A stretch of DNA of 64,000 bases from the NCBI GenBank assembly GCA_963832165.1, contig CAWHTE010000007.1, forward strand, positions 704,001 through 768,000, given 5' to 3'. This document shows positions 31,266 through 40,285 of the stretch, in pieces; positions within the stretch are counted from its first letter, which is position 1, and each line of letters opens with the position of its first letter. The position numbers and the translations under genes are program-made. The notes beneath the pieces were generated by a model. That model ran no database searches, had not been told where the DNA came from, and saw only the letters and a program-made list of their open reading frames with translations. Source of the DNA: an uncultured delta proteobacterium (lineage in GTDB: Bacteria > Myxococcota_A > UBA9160 > SMWR01).

Positions 31266-31931
31266 ATTTCGGATTCGGATCGGGTCCCCGAGCTGCGCTG
31301 GGTGCGTCCGCCCCAGCAGGCGCGCAGCCAACAGACGCTCGATCGCCTGCTCGACGCCGCCGAAGCGCTCGTGTCGGAGAAGGGCTTCGACGACGCGCCG
31401 GTCGCCGAGATCGCGCGGCGCGCCGGATCCTCGGTGGGCGCGTTCTACAGCCGGTTCCCCGACAAGGACTCGCTGCTCGGCGCACTCAACGAGCGCTTTC
31501 TCGTGCAGGCGGTCGCCACCGCCGATGCCGCGCTCGATCCGGCGCTCTGGCAGCGCGCGAGCATCGGGGAGATCAGCACTGCGTTCGTGCGCTTCCTGGT
31601 CGAGATCCACCGCGAGCAGCGCGGACTCCTGCGCGCCTTCTCGCTGCGCATGCGCGTCGACCCCGTGTTCCAGGCGCGGCGCGAGCGGCTCGCGCATCAC
31701 GTCGGCGGGAGACTCTCGGAGCTCCTGCTCGCGCACCGCGCCGAGATCCAGCACGCCGACCCGCACCGCGCCGCGGCGTTCGCGCTCACGATGGTGTTCG
31801 GCGTGCTCGAGCACACGATCGTGTTTGGCGAGATGCGCTCCGGCGCCTTCACCTGGACCGACGAGGATCTGTCCGCCGAGCTCTCTCGCGCGTTCCTCGC
31901 CTATCTGGTCGTCCCGACGCGCCCTGCCTAG
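31257..31931 (+). CDS. TetR/AcrR family regulator
   Basis: QQARSQQTLDRLLDAA..VAEIARRAGSSVGAFYSRFPDKD. Confidence 0.93.
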   Translation: MVLISDSDRVPELRWVRPPQQARSQQTLDRLLDAAEALVSEKGFDDAPVAEIARRAGSSVGAFYSRFPDKDSLLGALNERFLVQAVATADAALDPALWQRASIGEISTAFVRFLVEIHREQRGLLRAFSLRMRVDPVFQARRERLAHHVGGRLSELLLAHRAEIQHADPHRAAAFALTMVFGVLEHTIVFGEMRSGAFTWTDEDLSAELSRAFLAYLVVPTRPA

Positions 31932-31940
31932 GAGAACCCG

Positions 31941-32996
31941 ATGCAAGCGATGACCCAGTTCCATCCGAGCGACCGCCGCGCCGTCGAGCGCATCGACGTT
32001 CCGCAGAGCCTCACCTACAACTGGGAGTACGCGAGCCCGCGCCAGCGCCTCGAGCGCTTGTACGAGAATGCCAAGCGCGACCAGTGGAACGCGACCGACC
32101 GGCTCGACTGGTCGATCGACGTCGATCCGGAGAAGGGCCTCCTGCCCGACGCCGGGATCGGGATCTACGGCACCGAGATCTGGGCGTCGCTCGACGCGAA
32201 GCAGATCGAGCGGCTTCGCCACGAGGCGATCAGCTGGCAGCTCTGCCAGTTCCTGCACGGGGAGCAGGGCGCGCTGCTGGCGACGGCGCAGATCGTCGAC
32301 GCGGTGCCGTGGTACGAGGCGAAGATGTACGGCGCGACGCAGGTGATGGACGAGGCGCGCCACGTCGAGGTGTATCGGCGCTTCATCCAGCAGAAGCTCG
32401 GTGTCGAGTACGACGTCAACCCCGAGCTCAAGAAGCTGCTCGACCAGATCCTGCTCGACTCGCGCTGGGACATGAAGTTTCTCGGCATGCAGATCATCGT
32501 CGAAGGCCTCGCGCTGGCCGCGTTCGGCACGATCCGCGATACCGCGACCAACCCGCTGCTGCGCGACCTGACCGCGGCGGTGATGGAGGACGAGTCGCGT
32601 CACGTCGCGTTCGGCGTCCTGTCGCTGCGCGAGTACTGTCGCGATCTCTCGGAGCGCGATCTCAACGAACGCGAGGAGTTCGTCTACGAGGCGTGTGTGC
32701 TGATGCGCGACCGCATCAAGAGCCGCGAGGTGTGGGAGCGGATGGGGCTCGACGCCGACGAGTGCATCGCGCACGCCGAGCGCTCCGGCCTCGCCGCCCA
32801 GTTCCGCCACCGCCTGTTCTCGAAGATCGTCCCGAACGTGAAGAGTCTCGGACTGCTCTCGAGCCGACAGCGCGAGCGCTTCCACGCGCTCGACATCCTC
32901 CAGTACGAGCACGAGACGACCTCGGACGTCGATCACGACGCGGAGTTCGAGCGGCGCGTGCGCGCGGGCGAGGTCGAGCTGGCTCACGCGTCGTAG
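31941..32996 (+). CDS. Ferritin-like diiron protein (AurF-like oxygenase family)
   Basis: FLHGEQGAL, DEARH, VEGLAL and DESRH: two E..ExxH units of a diiron four-helix bundle. Confidence 0.82.
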   Translation: MQAMTQFHPSDRRAVERIDVPQSLTYNWEYASPRQRLERLYENAKRDQWNATDRLDWSIDVDPEKGLLPDAGIGIYGTEIWASLDAKQIERLRHEAISWQLCQFLHGEQGALLATAQIVDAVPWYEAKMYGATQVMDEARHVEVYRRFIQQKLGVEYDVNPELKKLLDQILLDSRWDMKFLGMQIIVEGLALAAFGTIRDTATNPLLRDLTAAVMEDESRHVAFGVLSLREYCRDLSERDLNEREEFVYEACVLMRDRIKSREVWERMGLDADECIAHAERSGLAAQFRHRLFSKIVPNVKSLGLLSSRQRERFHALDILQYEHETTSDVDHDAEFERRVRAGEVELAHAS

Positions 32997-33041
32997 CCCC
33001 GAGCGATCGGCGCGCGTATCATCGGGACGGGAGGAATCCCG

Positions 33042-34262
33042 ATGTCCGAGCGCCCCGGTGGGCTCGATCGGCGCGAGTTCCTGCGCCGCAGCGCAGTCAC
33101 TGGGGTCTCGCTCTCGGTCTTCCCGCTGATCGACGCGCGTGCGGCCGAGCCGCCGAGCGTGCGCCGCCGCGTGACGCTCGGACGCACCGGCCTGCGCATC
33201 GGTGACATCGGCTTCGGATCGAGCAGCCTCGACGGCGACGAGGCGCTCGTGCGCCACGCGCTCGATCGCGGCATCGACTACTTCGACACGGCCGAGGGCT
33301 ATACCAACGGAGCGTCGGAAGAGACACTCGGCCGCGCGCTGCGCGGCGTGCGCGAGAAGATCACGCTCGCGAGCAAGGTCGCCTGTGGCGCGCGCGACAG
33401 CGTGGCGGACCTGTTCCGCGCTCTCGAAGGCAGCCTGCGCCGGCTCCAGACCGACCGCATCGACCTCTACTTCAACCACGCGGTGAACGATGTCGAGCGG
33501 CTCAAGAACTCCGCGTGGGGCGAGTTCACCGATCGCGCGGTCGAGCAGGGGAAGATCCGATTCAAGGGCATGTCGGGGCATGGCGGGCGCCTCGCGGAGT
33601 GCCTCGACTACGCGTTCGATCACGACCTCGTCGACGCGGTGCTCGTCGCGCACAACTTCGGCCAGGACCCCGCGTTCCATCAGCGCCTCACCGCGTCGCT
33701 CGACTTCGTCGCCGTGCAGCCCGAGCTGCCCCGCCTGCTGGCGAAGGCGAAGGAGAAACGGGTCGGCGTGATCGCGATGAAGACGCTGCGCGGCGCGCGC
33801 CTGAACGACCTGCGCTCGTACGAGCGCGGCGGCAATACCTTCGCCCAGGCCGCGTTCCGCTGGGTGCTGTCGGGGCCCCACGTCGACGCGCTCGTGGTCA
33901 CGATGAGATCGCCCGATCAGGTCGACGAGTACCTCGGGGCCTCTGGCGCCACGGGCGTGAGTCGCGCCGACTTCGACCTGCTCGCTCGCTACGAGACCCG
34001 CAACGGCACCACGCAATGCCGCTACGGCTGTGGCGCCTGTCTCGCGGCGTGCCCGGAGGGCGTGTCGATCGACGAGGTGCTGCGCACGCGCATGTACGCC
34101 CACGATTACGGCGACGTCGGGCTCGCCAAGCGCGAATACTCGAGCCTGGCCGGCAACGCGCAGGCGTGTGTGTCGTGCGCTCACCAGGCGTGCACGGGCG
34201 CCTGTCCGTTCGGAATCGACATCGCGGGTCTCACCGCGCCGACGCATCAGCGGCTCGCATGA
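33042..34262 (+). CDS. Tat-exported aldo/keto reductase with C-terminal Fe-S (ferredoxin-like) motif
   Basis: LDRREFLRRS signal; YFDTAEGY, SLRRLQTDRID and AMKTL; Cys clusters CRYGCGACLAACP and CVSCAHQACTGACP. Confidence 0.88.
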   Translation: MSERPGGLDRREFLRRSAVTGVSLSVFPLIDARAAEPPSVRRRVTLGRTGLRIGDIGFGSSSLDGDEALVRHALDRGIDYFDTAEGYTNGASEETLGRALRGVREKITLASKVACGARDSVADLFRALEGSLRRLQTDRIDLYFNHAVNDVERLKNSAWGEFTDRAVEQGKIRFKGMSGHGGRLAECLDYAFDHDLVDAVLVAHNFGQDPAFHQRLTASLDFVAVQPELPRLLAKAKEKRVGVIAMKTLRGARLNDLRSYERGGNTFAQAAFRWVLSGPHVDALVVTMRSPDQVDEYLGASGATGVSRADFDLLARYETRNGTTQCRYGCGACLAACPEGVSIDEVLRTRMYAHDYGDVGLAKREYSSLAGNAQACVSCAHQACTGACPFGIDIAGLTAPTHQRLA

Positions 34263-35803
34263 ACGGCGCCGAAGCGCTGATCCGCACCGCGGCCTCCTCC
34301 GGAGTCGACCTCTGCCTCGCGAATCCGGGTACCACCGAGATGCAGCTCGTCGCCGCGCTCGACGCGGTGCCTGGCATCCGCTCCGTGCTCGGGTTGTTCG
34401 AGGGCGTGTGCACGGGCGCAGCCGATGGCTACGCGCGCATGACCGGCCGTCCCGCGCTCACGCTGCTCCACCTCGGGCCCGGATTCGCGAACGGGATCGC
34501 GAACCTCCACAACGCGCGCCGCGCGCATTCGCCCGTCGTGAATCTGATCGGCGATCACGCGACGTGGCATCTGGCCGCGGATGCGCCGCTCACTTCGGAC
34601 ATCGCTTCGCTCGCGAGCCCCGTTTCGGGATGGGTGCGCAAGTCCGCGACGGCGGCCTCTCTACCTCACGACGGCGCCGACGCGATCGCGGCGGCGCTCG
34701 ATCCGCCCGGTCAGGTCGCCACGCTGATCGTCCCACAGGATTGCGCCTGGGATCGCGTCGCGGGGCCGGCCGCGCCGGTGAAGCCGCGCGCGCGCAGCAG
34801 TGTTTCCGATTCGAGCGTGGAGGCGGCGGCCGCGGCGCTCGCGGGCGCGGGGCCGAACGCGCTGTTCCTCGGCGGCAGCGCGCTGCGCGCCCCCGCACTC
34901 CGCGCGGCGGCTCGGATCGCGGCGGCGACCGGCTGCGCGCTGATCCACGAGACGTTCGCGGCGCGCCTCGAGCGCGGTGCGGGTCTGCCCGTGATCGAGC
35001 GGCTGCCGTACTTCCCCGAGCAGGGCCTCGAGCGCCTGCGCTCGCTCGCGCACCTGGTGCTCGTGGGCGCGCGCGAGCCCGTGGCGTTCTTCGGCTACCC
35101 GGACTACCCGAGCCGATTGGCCTCGAGCACCACGCGCGTAGCGGTGCTCGCAGACGAGGCGCAGGACGCAACGGGTGCGCTCGAGGCGCTCGCGCAACGC
35201 GTGCGCGCGCCCGCGCGCGCTCCGCTCGCGACACCCGCGCGTGTCGGAGTCCCGTCTGGACCGCTCACGGCGGGTGCGCTCGGGAATGCGCTCGCGGCGC
35301 TCCAGCCCGAGCACGCGATCGTCGTCGACGAAGGTGCGACGAGCGGGCTCGCCTACTTCGCTCTGGCCGCCGGCGCACCCCCGCACGACTATCTCGCCCT
35401 CACGGGTGGCGCGATCGGGCAGGGACTGCCGCTCGCGGTCGGCGCGGCACTCGCGTGTCCCGACCGCAAAGTGATCGGGTTCCAGGCCGACGGCAGCGGC
35501 ATGTACACGCTCCAGGCGCTGTGGACCATGGCTCGCGAATCTCTCGACGTGGTGGTGGTGGTCGCCGCCAACCGCGCCTATCGCATCCTTCAGGTCGAGC
35601 TCGCGCGCGCGGGCATCGCCGAGCCCGGCCCGCAAGCGCGCGCGCTCACCGACCTCTCCCATCCCGTGATCGACTGGGTCTCGCTCGCGCGCGGCATGGG
35701 CGTTCCGGGCTCGCGCGTCGATACCGCCGAGGATTTCGCCGAGTCGTTTCGCCGCGCGCTCTCCAACGCGGGGCCGTATCTGATCGAGGCGGTGCTCGCC
35801 TAG
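34259..35803 (+). CDS. TPP-dependent enzyme (acetolactate synthase large subunit/benzoylformate decarboxylase-like)
   Basis: MNGAEAL, NPGTTEM, LFEGVCTGAADGYARM, LHLGPG, TGGAIGQG and ADGSGMYTLQALWT..ANRAY. ATG overlaps the AKR stop. Confidence 0.9.
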   Translation: MNGAEALIRTAASSGVDLCLANPGTTEMQLVAALDAVPGIRSVLGLFEGVCTGAADGYARMTGRPALTLLHLGPGFANGIANLHNARRAHSPVVNLIGDHATWHLAADAPLTSDIASLASPVSGWVRKSATAASLPHDGADAIAAALDPPGQVATLIVPQDCAWDRVAGPAAPVKPRARSSVSDSSVEAAAAALAGAGPNALFLGGSALRAPALRAAARIAAATGCALIHETFAARLERGAGLPVIERLPYFPEQGLERLRSLAHLVLVGAREPVAFFGYPDYPSRLASSTTRVAVLADEAQDATGALEALAQRVRAPARAPLATPARVGVPSGPLTAGALGNALAALQPEHAIVVDEGATSGLAYFALAAGAPPHDYLALTGGAIGQGLPLAVGAALACPDRKVIGFQADGSGMYTLQALWTMARESLDVVVVVAANRAYRILQVELARAGIAEPGPQARALTDLSHPVIDWVSLARGMGVPGSRVDTAEDFAESFRRALSNAGPYLIEAVLA

Positions 35804-36189
35804 CGCGCGCCGGGATCCGGCCGCGTGTGCCACCACGCCCAGGCCCCGAACACGAACTGGAGCGGCAGGCGCACCCAGCGGAGGATCCCGGAGGACTGCG
35901 GCGGATCGCCGACCGGCACGTCGGCGATCGCCATGTGGACGTTCGCGGGATAGACGGCGATGAGCAGCGCAATCGCGCCCCACGCCGCGAGCACGCGCGT
36001 GCGCGGAACGAGCAGACCCACGCCGATCATCAGCTCTGCGACGCCCGAGAGGAAGACGAGCTCGGAATGCCACGGCAGGTAGGGCGGCATGATCGGCAGA
36101 TAGAACTCCGGCGCGCGGAAGTGATTCAGGCCCGCGAACGCGTAGAACGCCGCCATCAGCCAGAGCGAAATCGTCTTGACGCGGCTCAT
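35800..36189 (-). CDS. DoxX-like membrane protein
   Basis: AGLNHF..IMPPYLP..SGVAE..LLIAVYPANV..RLPLQ. Confidence 0.85.
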   Translation of the reverse strand: MSRVKTISLWLMAAFYAFAGLNHFRAPEFYLPIMPPYLPWHSELVFLSGVAELMIGVGLLVPRTRVLAAWGAIALLIAVYPANVHMAIADVPVGDPPQSSGILRWVRLPLQFVFGAWAWWHTRPDPGAR

Positions 36190-37226
36190 CCGCCTCCCTT
36201 CGAAAGTACGAGATCGACGTCGCGTGCGATCTCGTCGAGTGCTCGCCCTGCCGCGGGCGCGACACCCGCAAAGCTGGTGAAGCCATGCGGCAGCGACTCG
36301 TAGCAGCGGTACACCACCGGCACGCCGGCTGCGGCGAGGCGCTGCGCGTAGTCCTCGGCCTCGTCGCACAGGATGTCGAAGCCCGAGGTGTACACGAGCG
36401 CGGGCGCGAGTCCGCCCAGGTCGCTCGCGAGCGCGGGCGACATCCGCACGTCGTCGCGCTCGCGTTCGTCGTTCAGGTAGTGGGAGAGGAACCATGGGAT
36501 GTCCTCGCGCACGAGCGGCGGACACGCGCCGAAATCGCGATAGGCGGCGTTGTCGGCGCACGCGAGCAGCCACGGATAGATCAAGAGCTGAACGCACGGC
36601 GCGCGCTCTCTCTCCGCGCGCGCGCGCTGCGCGATCATCGCGGCGAGACCGCCGCCGGCCGAGTCGCCGCCCACGCCGATCCGCGTTGCATCTCCGCCGA
36701 AGCGCTCGGCGTGCTCGAGCGCAAAGCGGTAGACGGCCCACGCGTCCTCCTGCGCGGCGGGGAAGCGGTGCTCGGGGCCCATGCGATAGTCGATCGAGAG
36801 CACCGGGCAGCGCGCGCGCGTCGCGAGCACGCTGCAGAACGGCGCGCACCAGTCGAGATCGCCGACCACGAAGCCGCCCTGGTGGAAATAGAGCAGGAGC
36901 GGACGTGGGCCATCGAGATCGGGCGGGGCATGGAGCCGCGCGATCAGCGCGCCCTGCGCACCCGGCACGCGGTGCTCTTCGAGGCGTTCGAGCGGGCGCA
37001 TCGGCGCGGCCGCGGGTGCGAGCGAATCGCTCGTGACCGCGCGCGCCTCGGCCGGCGTGAGCGTGTGCAGCGCGGGCACGCGCGAAGCGCGCGTGATCAG
37101 TGCGAAATGCGAGTCGAGCGTGCGCCCGCGGATCACCGTCGGCGCGCCCGCGAGCGGCGTCACCCAGCGCTCGGGGAGCGCGCGCAGCGCGCGTGCGCCC
37201 AGACGCTGTGCGAACGCCGCGATCAC
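36186..37226 (-). CDS. Alpha/beta hydrolase, HSL/Aes-type esterase
   Basis: YFHQGGFVVG, IDYRMGPEHRFP, GDSAGG, FDILCDE and HGF; GTG start at 37226. Confidence 0.9.
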   Translation of the reverse strand: MIAAFAQRLGARALRALPERWVTPLAGAPTVIRGRTLDSHFALITRASRVPALHTLTPAEARAVTSDSLAPAAAPMRPLERLEEHRVPGAQGALIARLHAPPDLDGPRPLLLYFHQGGFVVGDLDWCAPFCSVLATRARCPVLSIDYRMGPEHRFPAAQEDAWAVYRFALEHAERFGGDATRIGVGGDSAGGGLAAMIAQRARAERERAPCVQLLIYPWLLACADNAAYRDFGACPPLVREDIPWFLSHYLNDERERDDVRMSPALASDLGGLAPALVYTSGFDILCDEAEDYAQRLAAAGVPVVYRCYESLPHGFTSFAGVAPAAGRALDEIARDVDLVLSKGGG

Positions 37227-38026
37227 TAACGGTCCTGGAACTTCGCTTCGCGTTTCTCGAGAAACGCCGCAATGCCCTCGCGGAAATCGCTCGAGGTCGA
37301 GGCGAGGATCTGATTGCGATCCTCCATCGCGATCGCCGCCGCGAGGCCGCCCGCATCGACGTTTACGCCGAGGCACTCCTTGGTGAGCCGCAGTGCGAGC
37401 GGCGAGTTGCGCAGCATGCGGCCTGCCATCTCGCGCGCCGCGCTCTCGAGCTCGGTGTCGGGCACCACGCGCGACACGAGGCCGGTGGCGAGCGCGCGGT
37501 CGGCATGGATGAAGTCGCCCGTGAGCAGGAGCTCCGACGCAACCGACGCGCCCACGATGCGCGGCAGGAAGTAGCTCACGCCGATGTCGCAGGCCGACAG
37601 ACCGAGCCGGATGAACGCCGCGTTCATTCGCGCCGATTCTCCGGCGATGCGCACGTCTGCCGCGAGCGCGATCGCGAAGCCGCCGCCCGCGGCCGCGCCG
37701 TGCACGGCCGCGATGATCGGCTGCGGTGCGCGCCGCATGAGCAGCGGGATCTCCGCGATGTGGCGCTGCCCGCGCAACCCGTTCGAAACGCCGCGCAGGT
37801 TCGAGCCGGAGCGGTCTTCCTTGAGGTCGAGCCCGGCGCAGAATGCCCGGCCCTTCCCGCGCACCACCAGGACGCGCGTCTCGGTGTCTTCGGTCAGCCC
37901 TGCGAAGAAATCGCGCAGCTCGTCGACGAGCTTCATCGAGAGCGCGTTCAGCGCGTCGGGCCGGTCGAGCGTGAGCCAGGTCAGGTGACCCTCGCGCGTG
38001 ATTTCGAGCGTTTCGTACTTGGACAC
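37226..38026 (-). CDS. Enoyl-CoA hydratase/isomerase family protein
   Basis: AFCAGLDL, GAAAGGGF, FIRLGLSACDIG and FLEKR. Confidence 0.92.
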   Translation of the reverse strand: MSKYETLEITREGHLTWLTLDRPDALNALSMKLVDELRDFFAGLTEDTETRVLVVRGKGRAFCAGLDLKEDRSGSNLRGVSNGLRGQRHIAEIPLLMRRAPQPIIAAVHGAAAGGGFAIALAADVRIAGESARMNAAFIRLGLSACDIGVSYFLPRIVGASVASELLLTGDFIHADRALATGLVSRVVPDTELESAAREMAGRMLRNSPLALRLTKECLGVNVDAGGLAAAIAMEDRNQILASTSSDFREGIAAFLEKREAKFQDR

Positions 38027-38035
38027 AGCACTCCT

Positions 38036-38821
38036 TCAGGCGGGTCGCAGCCGCTCCGCAAAGAATCCCAGCACGCGGTCGAGCGCGGCGCGCGTCGGGT
38101 GTCCGGACTCGTCGACGAGATCGTTCGTCACCACCGAGTGCGCGGTGCGCGCGATGCCGTGCGGATTGCCGCGGCTCGAGTCGATTTCGATCCCCTCGAA
38201 GCCCGACCCGAGCTCGCGGCGCAGGCGCTCGAAGCGATCCGACGGAACCATCGGATCGGCGGTGAAGCGCATGCCGAGCACGCCGCAGCCCGCGCGCGCG
38301 CGCTTCTTCACGGTCTCGAGGTCCTCGGCCGAGAGGTGCAGACCTTCGCGATGGCGCTTCGTGACGGGGAAGGGGAGCGAGGGTTGAGAGAGAACGGGTG
38401 CCATCACGCTCTCGTCCACCATGAGCGAGAGCGCGAAATTGCCTGTGAGGCACATGCCGATCGCGCCCACGCCGGGGCCGCCACATTCCGCGTGCGCGTG
38501 GCGGCACAGCGCGCGCAGCCAATCGGTCACGGGGCTCGAGCCGCCCGCGGCGAGCACGTGGAACTCGCGACTCACGCACGCGCGCACCATCTGCTCGAGC
38601 GCATAACCCACCGAGAGCGGCTTGCCCGGCGTGCCGAAGAGATGGGGAAGGTAGGCGGTGAAGCCCGCGTCGACGACGAAGTTCGCGAAGCGCTCGACGG
38701 GCGGCGTGATGCCGGGGATCTCGTGGATGATCACCACGCCGGGACCCTTGCCGCGCCGGTAGACGGTCTTCGATTCGCCGTCGTGGGTGAAGCGGAAGCT
38801 CGTGTAGCCCTCGAGCACCAT
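38036..38821 (-). CDS. Dienelactone hydrolase family protein
   Basis: HEIPG, GAIGMCLTG (Cys nucleophile), RFTAD and AHSV. Confidence 0.85.
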   Translation of the reverse strand: MVLEGYTSFRFTHDGESKTVYRRGKGPGVVIIHEIPGITPPVERFANFVVDAGFTAYLPHLFGTPGKPLSVGYALEQMVRACVSREFHVLAAGGSSPVTDWLRALCRHAHAECGGPGVGAIGMCLTGNFALSLMVDESVMAPVLSQPSLPFPVTKRHREGLHLSAEDLETVKKRARAGCGVLGMRFTADPMVPSDRFERLRRELGSGFEGIEIDSSRGNPHGIARTAHSVVTNDLVDESGHPTRAALDRVLGFFAERLRPA

Positions 38822-38833
38822 GGGATCTCCGAT

Positions 38834-39640
38834 CTAGAAGAACGCGAGCGTCCGGACTTCGATGCTCTCGCGAGCGCCCGCGTCGGCCGGTGAGCTGGGA
38901 TCGTCGATCGCGGTGTGCGCGGTGAAGCAGGCGAGCCGCGGATCGGAGTCGTAGCACTTGAGCAGCAGCGCCTCGTCGTCCGCCATCCCGGGGTAGTAGA
39001 ACCAGCGGTGCTCCGGGCGGTACGTGAGCGAGTAGACCTCGCCGACGCGATCGCGATAGCGCAGGTCGGTGGGAACGAAGTCGTCCTGTGCGAGCGAGCT
39101 CGCGTCGCAGAACGCGAGCGGCGCCTGTCGCACGGGCCCGCGCAGCGGACGCCAGACGTTGATCACGGCGAACCGGCGTTGCAACAGCTCCTCGGCTTCG
39201 TCCCCGCCGACGAGATCGCGCACGCGCTGCGGGCCCGAGAGCAAGGTGTAGTCGTTGTGCACGTAGTGCACGGGCGCCTGGGACAGGGTGCCTGCCTGCC
39301 CGGTGCGCTCGGTGTTGCGCACGTTGTGGTCGAACACGAGCACGCGGCGGGCACCGGTGGCGCGCCGAACCACCGCCTCGACTTCGGGGTGGTAGTCGCG
39401 CACGACCGCTTCCGGATCGTACGCGTCGCGGAGCGTCGAGACGAGCTTCACGAGCGTGAAGCCTTCGACGTCGAGCGACGCATGCACGAGCTCGCGCGCG
39501 TCGTGCACCACCACGCGCCGCCGGTCGCCGTGGGTATTGCGCCCGGGTACGCCCGGAGGCGGCGCATACGTGTAGTAGTAGGGCCGCTCCGCCATCGGGG
39601 CGAGGTAGTTCAGCGTCGTCTCCACCATGCCCGACGCCAC
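38834..39640 (-). CDS. CmcJ/NvfI/AsaB-like non-heme iron oxidoreductase
   Basis: FDHNVR, VHNDYT, INVWRPL, PLAFCDA, TAHTAIDDP and RESIEVR. Alternative ATG at 39628. Confidence 0.82.
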   Translation of the reverse strand: MASGMVETTLNYLAPMAERPYYYTYAPPPGVPGRNTHGDRRRVVVHDARELVHASLDVEGFTLVKLVSTLRDAYDPEAVVRDYHPEVEAVVRRATGARRVLVFDHNVRNTERTGQAGTLSQAPVHYVHNDYTLLSGPQRVRDLVGGDEAEELLQRRFAVINVWRPLRGPVRQAPLAFCDASSLAQDDFVPTDLRYRDRVGEVYSLTYRPEHRWFYYPGMADDEALLLKCYDSDPRLACFTAHTAIDDPSSPADAGARESIEVRTLAFF

Positions 39641-40123
39641 CTAACCTCGCCCGAGTCCCGTCGACGGACCTGCGCCGCCCTCGCCGAGCCGTCCGCCCTG
39701 GCCCAGGTGACCCTTGCCCGGCACGTAGTTCACTTCCACGCGAATCCCGTCGGGGTCTTCGAACAGCAGCGAGTAGTAGCCGGGCGCAAACTGCTTCCCC
39801 TCTTCGGGCGGGTGGATGATCTTCGCGCCGAGCTCGCCGCGCACGAACTCGTAGATGGTGTCGATCTGCTCGCGCTCCCGCGCGCGGAAGCACAGGTGAT
39901 GCAGCCCGGAGCGATCCTGGTCGAACGGGCGGTCGCGTTTGTCGGGCGGCGCGCCGCGCACGAGGATGCCCGTGCGGCTGCCGATGCAATAGACGATTCC
40001 CTCGCCCTTGATCAGCGTCTTCATCTCGAAGAAGTGGCAGAGCTTCTCCCAGAACGCGCAGCAGCGTTCCGGGTCGTTCACGGTGAGCTGGATGTGGGCG
40101 ATCCCGTTGAGCTCGACGGTCAT
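39641..40123 (-). CDS. VOC/glyoxalase family protein
   Basis: GIAHIQLTV, GLHHLCFRA and YYSLLFEDPDGIRVE. Confidence 0.9.
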   Translation of the reverse strand: MTVELNGIAHIQLTVNDPERCCAFWEKLCHFFEMKTLIKGEGIVYCIGSRTGILVRGAPPDKRDRPFDQDRSGLHHLCFRAREREQIDTIYEFVRGELGAKIIHPPEEGKQFAPGYYSLLFEDPDGIRVEVNYVPGKGHLGQGGRLGEGGAGPSTGLGRG

Positions 40124-40244
40124 CGTGGTCCTCGCGCGGAACGTGGGCGCGCCGCGATTCTAGCCGTACTCACCCCTGCGTCACGCAGATGAAGTGCGTG
40201 GAGTTCCAGATGATTAAATCCTTTTATTTTCAATCAATTATGAG

Positions 40245-40285
40245 ATTAATAGACTATTGTCTATTAATAGAATACTGTTCTTTAG
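40245..40285 (+). promoter_or_regulatory. TetR operator ATTAATAGAC-N4-GTCTATTAAT overlapping a probable leaderless sigma70-type promoter
   Basis: Perfect 10-bp inverted repeat at 40245-40268. TAGACT(40250)-N17-TACTGT(40273) places +1 at about the ATG at 40286; no SD sequence. Confidence 0.7.
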
